Shown here one piece after another: positions 37,501 through 46,500 of a DNA stretch of 64,000 nucleotides. The position numbers were made by a program, and so were the translations under genes. The stretch is from Candidatus Thorarchaeota archaeon (lineage in GTDB: Archaea > Asgardarchaeota > Thorarchaeia > Thorarchaeales > Thorarchaeaceae), in NCBI GenBank assembly GCA_011364905.1, contig RDNZ01000008.1, forward strand, positions 1 through 64,000, read 5' to 3'. Position 1 is the stretch's first letter, and each line of letters opens with the position of its first letter. The notes below the pieces were generated by a model. The model had not been told where the DNA came from, did not search any database, and saw only the letters and a program-made list of their open reading frames with translations.

Positions 37501-40500
37501 CCTTAGAATGATGCTTATGTTGATGTACCCAAATTGATAGTTGGGTCCTTTTGAAAAGTTTAGCACTACCAAGTAAGTGCCAAGACTATCTGTATCTATG
37601 CTAGGTAGCTCTATTCTATACTGGTCGCCAGTCCAACTAATACTCAATGGATAGGTCCAGTTATGATTCAGAGTCGCCCCGATTATCGCTTCATTATGTG
37701 TGATGTCCCAGTAGTCTGCGTAGAAGACAGCAGTGTCTCCCAAAGGCAAATCGATGATAGAAACAGAAGACCTTGCATATGCATATGCAATCTGCACAAG
37801 GATTTGGAACGTGAGTGTTTTTGCTTGATATCCACTTGCATCTGCAGTAATATTCACCTCGTGGGCACCAAGGTCCCATCCTTGTACGATAATCAAAACC
37901 TCGTAAGTTCCACTTCCAATGTGCTGCCATTCAATCAAAGCACCTTCCGAAGTCATGATACCCGTCGTAATGTTCTGAACATGATCAATATCAACATAGG
38001 ATAGTGTGATTGTAACATTCGTATCAAAACTAGTTGTTACACTTGGGTAATTTGAAGACGACAAGTAAGTAAGAATCGGGCGGTATGTGAATGAAACTTG
38101 AGTAGTACTACTGTCTGTGTAATTCTCTGTGGGCTGAAAGTCCACAAAGACAATGATTTCATACTGCCCTTCTAGGAACCTTGTGTTGTCAATCGTTATT
38201 TGATATCTCCCATCTCCAAGGTTCAAGAAACTCTCAAAGGTGTAAAGTCCACCTGTTTCGTTGCGAGCGCTGAAGTAGGTCTGATCAAGTCCAGCAATTG
38301 CTGTCCCGTCAATCGGACTATCCGGTTCGCTTACATTCACATGAACAAACATTACGAAGTCATTGCCATTTGGAAATGGTTCGAGAGGCTCCCAACTCAC
38401 ATACACACCCAGTTTTCGAATCTCAAGATGGATTATGATATACGAGTCCATATAGAATCTCGGGGATGCCGTGGCACTTATCGTCGCATTGATGGAGTAC
38501 GACCCCGCTGCCCAACCACTGGTATCCACCCAAAAGCCTAGCACAGAATGACTGTCACTTCCAGTTCCCCAATCCAAGCTTACTTGGGTCAGATTGCTAG
38601 GACTTACAGGAACTGAATCAAGATCTAGATCCATCCACAAGACATCAAAGTAGACATCAGTACCAACAGGTATGGTGGAGTTATAGTTCACGCTTGGCGT
38701 TGTTCTGTGTGGAAGAATCAAGATGCTTATTGTGGTCGTTGATGATTGGTAATTTTGCTTTGAGCATGTTAGGTCGAAGTAGTAAGTTCCAGGCATAAAT
38801 GAACTCACGTCGATTGTGATGAGATAATTGCCAATGCTGGTTTCATCTACCTGTATCGGAACAATTGGAGAAATTGAGATTGTGCTACTATCTACTCCAA
38901 TTCCTGCGTGGTCGATATCAAACCAGTATATACTTGTGTTCACTTGTTGCCCCCATGGAGCCTCAACTGCATCAGGACTGAGTGGAATAGTTTCAGTTGC
39001 AATAGGCCTATAATTGAATTGAACATCTATACTGCTACTCAATAGATACGTAGTACTTGGGGTTGCTATGAACCTAAATGTGTGCTCCCCACTTGAGAAC
39101 CCTGTACTATCCACTGTCACAAGGTATGTCCCATTTCCATAATCTGTAGGTATTCCTAAAATTGTCGCATTACAGGAGAGGGTTGCACCTGTCAATGGCG
39201 TGCTATCGAATTTGTCCCTCAATGTCAACCTAATCTCAAAATTGTCGCCATATGGTGTATCATTTGGAGGTTCATATGTCATGAATGTTCTGTGCGAGAG
39301 GTCTAAATAGAGGAAATCCGTTGCATCGCTATAGAATGAGTGTGATGCTTGAACATCTAACCTCCAACGGCCATAGCCGCCTAAATCGGACGTATTCAGT
39401 GTCTTGCCATATCTTCCGTCTCCATAATCATTGAGCTGAACATCCGTGGGTGTACCACTGACGCTCCAATTCATTGATACCGTTGCACCACTCACCATTG
39501 TTGAGGTCAATGTATCTTGCAGATCAAACTCAACATAGAGCTGCTCGCCGATGAGCTTGGTTGAAATTCCATCAAGTATAGCGTCTCCTGGTGCAGTGAG
39601 GCTTAAAGAAGTTCCACGTTTCACAATGAAAGTCCTATCAAATATACCTGTTCTGAGGTTTACGTCAGAATTGCTATCACTATACCTCGTGGTAGCATGC
39701 CAAACTCCTGCAGGAGCAGAGGTGTCCAAGTTGATGGACGCTGACTCTGAATATCCTATGTTTTCCTCCAATCCTATCGAATAGAAGTTGCTTGGATTGT
39801 ACTGATTGCTGAACTGCGTTTGAATCCATCCTGCTGAACGTGTGACATCCGAAACACGCACCTCGTCGATTTGGCCATCCCACTCTGCGCTCCAGGTCTT
39901 GTTCTGAGGTTGGTCACCTTGTCCAATCCAGAAGTCCTTCTCAAATGAAGAGGGTTCAATCGCATTCGTTTTTGTTAGAACATTTGGATCCTGAACTCCA
40001 TCCACATAGATTCTCATCAACGAACCATCGTAGGTTGCCACAATCTGATGCCAAGAACCTCCAGTGACATCATTGGCTCCGACAAGCTGATGAGTATCGC
40101 CGGGTAGGCTGAAGGTTGGTTTGATGGTTGAGCCTCCGCCATAATTGATGTACAAGGCATATCCATCATACCAGCCTTTGTGGTTCATTATGCCATAGAC
40201 ATGAGTATTAGGAGTGATGTCATGCTGAATCCACGCTTCAAGTGTTATCTGATATCCATCAATATCCCAAAGAGGACTGTCTCCACAGTCTATGAAATCG
40301 TAATAACCATCAAGATTATTGAATTCCTGACCAGCGCCAATCTTTCCGACTGTTTGAGTCGGAACAAACAAGCTATCCCCATCCCCACCTTGACCATCGT
40401 TCTTGTATTGGCTACTGTCTCGATACTCACCCAGTAGTCCCGTTCCACTTTCAGAGAGGTGCCAAACCCCCAGATATCCTGAATCCCAAACAGGTCCCGA

Positions 40501-43500
40501 ATCGTACACTATTGGGGCTAATGGGTTTCCATAATACATGCTAATTACGGTGTCTGTTGAACCAGACAGTACTGGCACATTTACCCAAGCCACGAGATGA
40601 GCATGAGTCAGGTTGTAGGTTTGGTCGAAAAGTTCTATCTCATGCGAGAGTGTTTTTTCGCCAATTGTGAAGGCAATGTCCCTACCGTCGGCGCGCACAT
40701 CTGTTCTTAGATCCGTATCGTATATGTCTACTAGCACGGGGAAGTTGACAAGGTTTTCCATGACGTTATCATGACTGATTGCCAAGTATTTTCTATGGTA
40801 GTACGGAAGGGTAAACCCAGCTCCCTGAAATGTTGTACTTCCCGCATACCATGTAGAGCCTGTTGGGTCCGTCAGCTCTAGAGAAATCGTAGAACCAATG
40901 GTTCCAGAACTCCAAACATGGAATTGGATATTCTCGCCAACTGCAAACTGCCCTGTGGTGGAATAGGGCCCTCCACTGGGTCCAATTTGCATGTCAAGAA
41001 CATGATTTCTATCTAGGAATTTAATCTTCCACATACCATATTCATCAATCGCAGTTGAGCCAACTATCAGTTTACCATCGAAACATGTCCAATCGGCTGC
41101 AAATGTTCTCTCGACCCCTGAGGGACTTGCAACAGAAAATGGCCACCACTCACCCTCTGGGTATGAAATCTCAAAAGAAACCGCTTCTAATTCAGGAGGC
41201 GGAGAAATCATCACATTCGCGGTCCAAATCGGCAGACTACCATTAACGATGGAAAATGATGTGCCTTGAGTAAAGTCATCAGCATAACTGAGTATCGAAG
41301 TCTGTACTCCAAGCGACAGTTCAGTTCCAACTGTGATGCTAGATTCAGAACTTGTTGTGAAGATGTATCCATTGCCACTCACCTGTTCCTCTGACTCGAT
41401 GGAGTAGAAGGAACTAGGATTGTATTGATTATTGTACTCTGTCAATATCCAACCAGAAGACCGAATAGCAGGTGAAACTTGAATTTCATCGAATCTCCCT
41501 AGAAAACGACTGGCTGAATCAAGTTGATTCCCTCCCCATAGCCAATCACCAAGACTTGCTAGTTGGGTCCATTGTGTTGGCACATTTTCTATGGCTAGAA
41601 TCAATTGTGTGCCATCCAAGTAAATCTCAACAGTTTTCGTAGAATAGTCAAGTGTGACAACGAGATGATGCCACACATTGTTTGTAAATGGATTGGTTAC
41701 AAGATTATAATCGATGTCGTTTCCGCCCCAGGGGTAGAAGAAGTTGTCACCATCAGGTTGTACCGCCCATTCAAAGCCATCGTCTTGGATGAGGGTGGGC
41801 GGAGGAGATGGGTTCAGTATGAATCGGTCGCTTGTCGTCATAATACGCTGATATCCCCCATCGGAAGAATTCACCCAGTTAATCCAGATTGAAAGAGTTC
41901 CCCCAGATTTAATGGAGTCTAAGCTGGAGCTTTCAGAAACATTGATCATGTCATCAATGCCATCCAACTCAAATCCACTGCCTATTTGACCTTGGACTAA
42001 ATCTGAACCGCTCATAGATCCTAAGGTCGCCCCATCATTATTGTAATGAGTACTGTCAAGCACTGTTCCTGCTGGACTTTGGTCTAGATGCCATACGCCA
42101 ACATAACTTCCCCATACTGCACTCGGATTTTCTTGATTCGTCAGATCTGGGTTGCCATAATACATGGTGATTGTTGTATCGATTGAAGAAGAAAGGTCTG
42201 TCTTGACCCAAGCAATAAGATGGGCATGCGTGCCATTATATGTTTGGTCGAAGTACACGATTTCGTGTGGGCACCAAGTATATCCATTCTTGAACATGAT
42301 GTCATCTCCATCAGCCTGTACATCGGTTCTTAGATCTGTGTCAAAGATGTCAATGAGCATAGGAAAATCAGTCAGGTCTTCTGCAACCATTGCGTGATCA
42401 ACAATCAAATTCTTCCTATACTTGAACTCCGCAGTATTAACATTAGGCTGATGTTCCGCCTGGGATGTCTTTTCCGGTCCAATAGTGTAGAAACTTGATG
42501 GACTATATTGGTTACTATATTCAGTCGCAATCCATTCAGGTGAAAGCGCAGTATTTGCAACACGCACTTCATCTGTGTTTGCAGTGGACCAATAGCCAAG
42601 AGTACCACCTATCTCACTGCGGAATGCGTTTATGTAGAAGGATTCCACCTCGTCAAGACTGCCATAACCTGTAATATCAATTGGAGAATTCGGATCCTCT
42701 GCTCCATCAATGTATAGTCGAAGATAGTTCCCATCTCTTATCATAGAAACAAGGTGCCACAAATTGTCCCCGTAGGTTGATGTCGAGTAGATGTTCTTCG
42801 CTACAGTATTGTCGTCAATCGCTGCCATCAACATTCCTGGACCTGATTCTATGCTAATTCGATATCTCTTAGCCATAAGTACAGCACCTTTTCCGGCAAG
42901 GGTTCCCATGTTCACACCATCATAATTGAACCACAGTGAAAATGAGAAGTCATTAGAACCCACATTTAACGAAGTATCATTCCCACAGTTAATGTAGTCC
43001 TGTGTATTGTCGAAATCAATGCTCCCATCAATCTGTCCTTCTACCTGATCGTCTGATTGAAGATTGTATCCTGTGCCATCATTCGAATTACTTGTCGAAT
43101 CATAAAGCGGTCCGGTCGGATTTTCACTAAGATGCCAGACCCCTCTGTAATTAGAGTCCCATACACCTGCGACGTTCTCTTGGTTCCCAACGACAGAGTT
43201 ACCGTAATACATTGTGATTACTGTATCAACTGATGATGAAAGGTCAGTCTTAACCCAAGCTACCAGATGTGCATGGGTGTCATTATAGGACTGCTCGAAG
43301 GACTCTATCTCATGAGGAAGGATAATTTCACCAGATTTGAATATGATATCATCACCGTCAGACTGCGCTTTCGTTCTTAGGTCAGCATCAAAGATATCTA
43401 TGAGCAATGGAAAGTCATTTAGATCTGTGCCAACCTTTGTATGATCAATGGCTATGTCCTTCTCGTAGTTGTATTGGGTGGCTTGATTGATTTCTATCCC

Positions 43501-46500
43501 AAGTGATGTTGTGGGTTCAGGACTAACGTATGGCCTTAGAAACACGTCATCCGCATAGACAGTATTGGGTTCCGTCTGAGGACTTGCCCAATAGAACACA
43601 GTACAGAACCTGTTGACACCCTCTGAGCCTAGATTTATTCCTGTTTCTTCGACTTCAAGGTTTCCATCAACCCACAGTCTTGCTTCTCCATCCGTGGTCG
43701 AGAATTTAGCTTGTATTTCTAGCATGTGCCAAGAACCCTTGGAAATTGGACTCGTAGTCCCGTAACCATATGCTTCACTCGCAATAGCGTTCCACAGGTA
43801 CAGGGACATATCGCTGTATATGGTCAGGCTTAGCTGGTTTACCCAAACTGGGGACGTATCAACGAATTGCATTATTGTGACATGATCAGTAGTCGAAAAA
43901 GTCGCAGGGAGATAGAAGTGGACTCTAGCAAACAGACTCGTCTTGTCACTGAAATCCTTCCAGATCATTGCCTGAGCTGCGGCCTGATTGTCAACCACTC
44001 CTTTTGCTGAATAGGTACCAGTATTGGCCTGCTCCGTGGTTACTGACAGCGAGTCTCCAATATCCGTGTATGAGCCATCCCAAGAGTTAAGGTCGCCACT
44101 CTCAAACCCATCATAGAATTGGAAGACGTTGGCGTGGTTGTCTGGTGGTGAAGATACCGATGGATCTCCATAGTATAAATAGTAATTATCATCAGCTGTT
44201 GAAGATGGAATGTCAGACTGAATCCTGAACCATACCTTTGTGGCTGCAGAGTCCCATGAAGAATCAGAGTCCAATACTCTGTCCAGTTCAATTAGGCTGA
44301 AACCATTCCAATACATAATCCGCATGTCATCACCATCAGCCTGTGATTTTCCTGATGCAACCAATGCTGCGTGATCGAATGTCACCGAAGTGGAGTATCC
44401 CGCCGTAACTGGCTCAGAACCAGTGGTGACAGTGATCTGTCTACTGAATTCGTAGGTTTCTCCAAGCATGGTTTCCTCCTTTACAGTATAGAATGATTCT
44501 GGATCATTCTGATTGTTGAACTCCGTAGTGATCCAGTCTGGGCTTCGATAGGAACTTGAAACTCGCACCTCATCAATGCGACCATCCCATTCCTGTATGA
44601 AGCCAGTTGAGCCGGGGTTATTGCCTATTTGGAGAACTGATGTGCCAGTCTGGGTCGTACCGCTATAGGGTGCACTATTCCGCTCAACTCCATCAACATA
44701 CAAGAGCAGTTCACTGGTTCCTGCGTTTGCCACACCGACAACATGATGCCACTTGCCATCATTCACGAGACTGATGGGTGCAGTCACGCTCTGAGTATTG
44801 TCGACATAAAATGCGAAGGTCGAACTATCCAACTTGCCTAACCAATAATTCCGATGACCCACAGCACCCCACTTGGCTACTATCACATCCGAAGTAGGAT
44901 CTGTATTGTTTGTATGTACCCATGCTTCCACCAGCATGTCTGATGATAGAACAAGTGAAGTAGAGTGTGGTGCCTCGATGCGTTCATTGGTTCCTTCTCC
45001 ATAGAACTCGGAGCATCCGTCGAATTTTCCTGTTTGAAGAGTGGGTTCAGTACCAATTGGGAGACCCACAGCGTCATTGCTATTTGAGGTACTATCATAC
45101 ACAGTGTCAGCTGGATCCTCGCTAAGATGCCACACGGCTGCAAAAGAAGTATCCCAGACACCGTGAGGATTCTCTAAACTATTCGAATTGGGATTTCCAT
45201 AATACATGGATAACACAGTATCAGAAGATGCAGAGAGATCTGTTCTCACCCAAGCAAGAAGGTGTCCATGTGTGGAATTGTATGACTGCTCGAACAGCTC
45301 AATCTCGTGAGGGAGTATCCATCCATCTTTTACAAACACAATGTCATCGCCATCAGATTGAACATCGAATCGAAGGTCTGAATCGAAGAGATCAATAAGA
45401 ACTGGAAATCCATAGAGATCCGCGGTCACCTTAGTGTGATCGATAACAATGTCTTTCTTGTACATGAAACCAAGAGGTACTTCTTGGGGAACTGTGACTT
45501 CTTGCTCAATCCCTATCGAGTAAAAGCTAGAAGGATTGTTTTGATTGTTGAACTCTGTAAGAATCCATTCTGAAGTGGTCGTAGAGCTGAGAACATGAAC
45601 TTCATCGATTTTCGCCGATAGAAACAGATTGGGTGCTCCAGCGTTGTCGTAGTTGTCACACGCCGCAATCAGAAATGGCTCAATGGAATTAATACTTCCA
45701 TATCCAGTGATGTCAACTGGCGAGGTCGGTACTTCAGATCCATCAATGTAAAGATGGAGAAGATTTCCTTCTCTCACCATGGCAGCGTAGTGCCAGAGGC
45801 CATCATTCAGCGCTGACGCCGAATAAATGCTGATTTTTCCAGGTGACGCAGAGTTGTCGTCGATTTCTGCCTTTATTGTTCCTGAACTTGTGACTGACAA
45901 CATGTATCTGTAGGCATCTGTGCCGATAGCTCCTTTATTGGCAAGAGGTGCGTCCAGATCGGATGTGGCGAACCACAAGCTCATAACAAAATCATTGTAA
46001 CCCACTGCAAGCGAGGCTGTATCTCCACAGTCTATATAGTCATTTGATCCGTCAAAGTCAATAGCATTGCCTATTAGACCCGGGACTTTGTCTTCTTCGA
46101 GCATTGTGCCGTACGTAGTCCCATCATTGTTGTTGTATGTACTGTCAATGATTTGTGGGGCTGGCTTGCCAACAGATGGACTTTCTCCGAGGTGCCACAC
46201 GCCTTGATACTGATTTCGCCAGACCTCCTCAGGACTTTCTTTGGCCCCCATGGCAGAATTTGCATAATACATTGAGATTATCGTGTCCGATACAGATGAG
46301 ATGTCTGCCCGTACCCAGGCGACTAAGTGTGCGTGTGTTGAGTTATACTGTTGGTCGAACAGTTCTAACTCATGCGGTAGACTCCTGCCATTTGATGTGA
46401 ACATTATGTCGTCGCCGTCTGGTTGGACCTTCGAATGCAGGTCTGAATCATAGATGTCAATCAACACTGGAAATCCCGTGAGGTCGGCTGCAACTTTATT

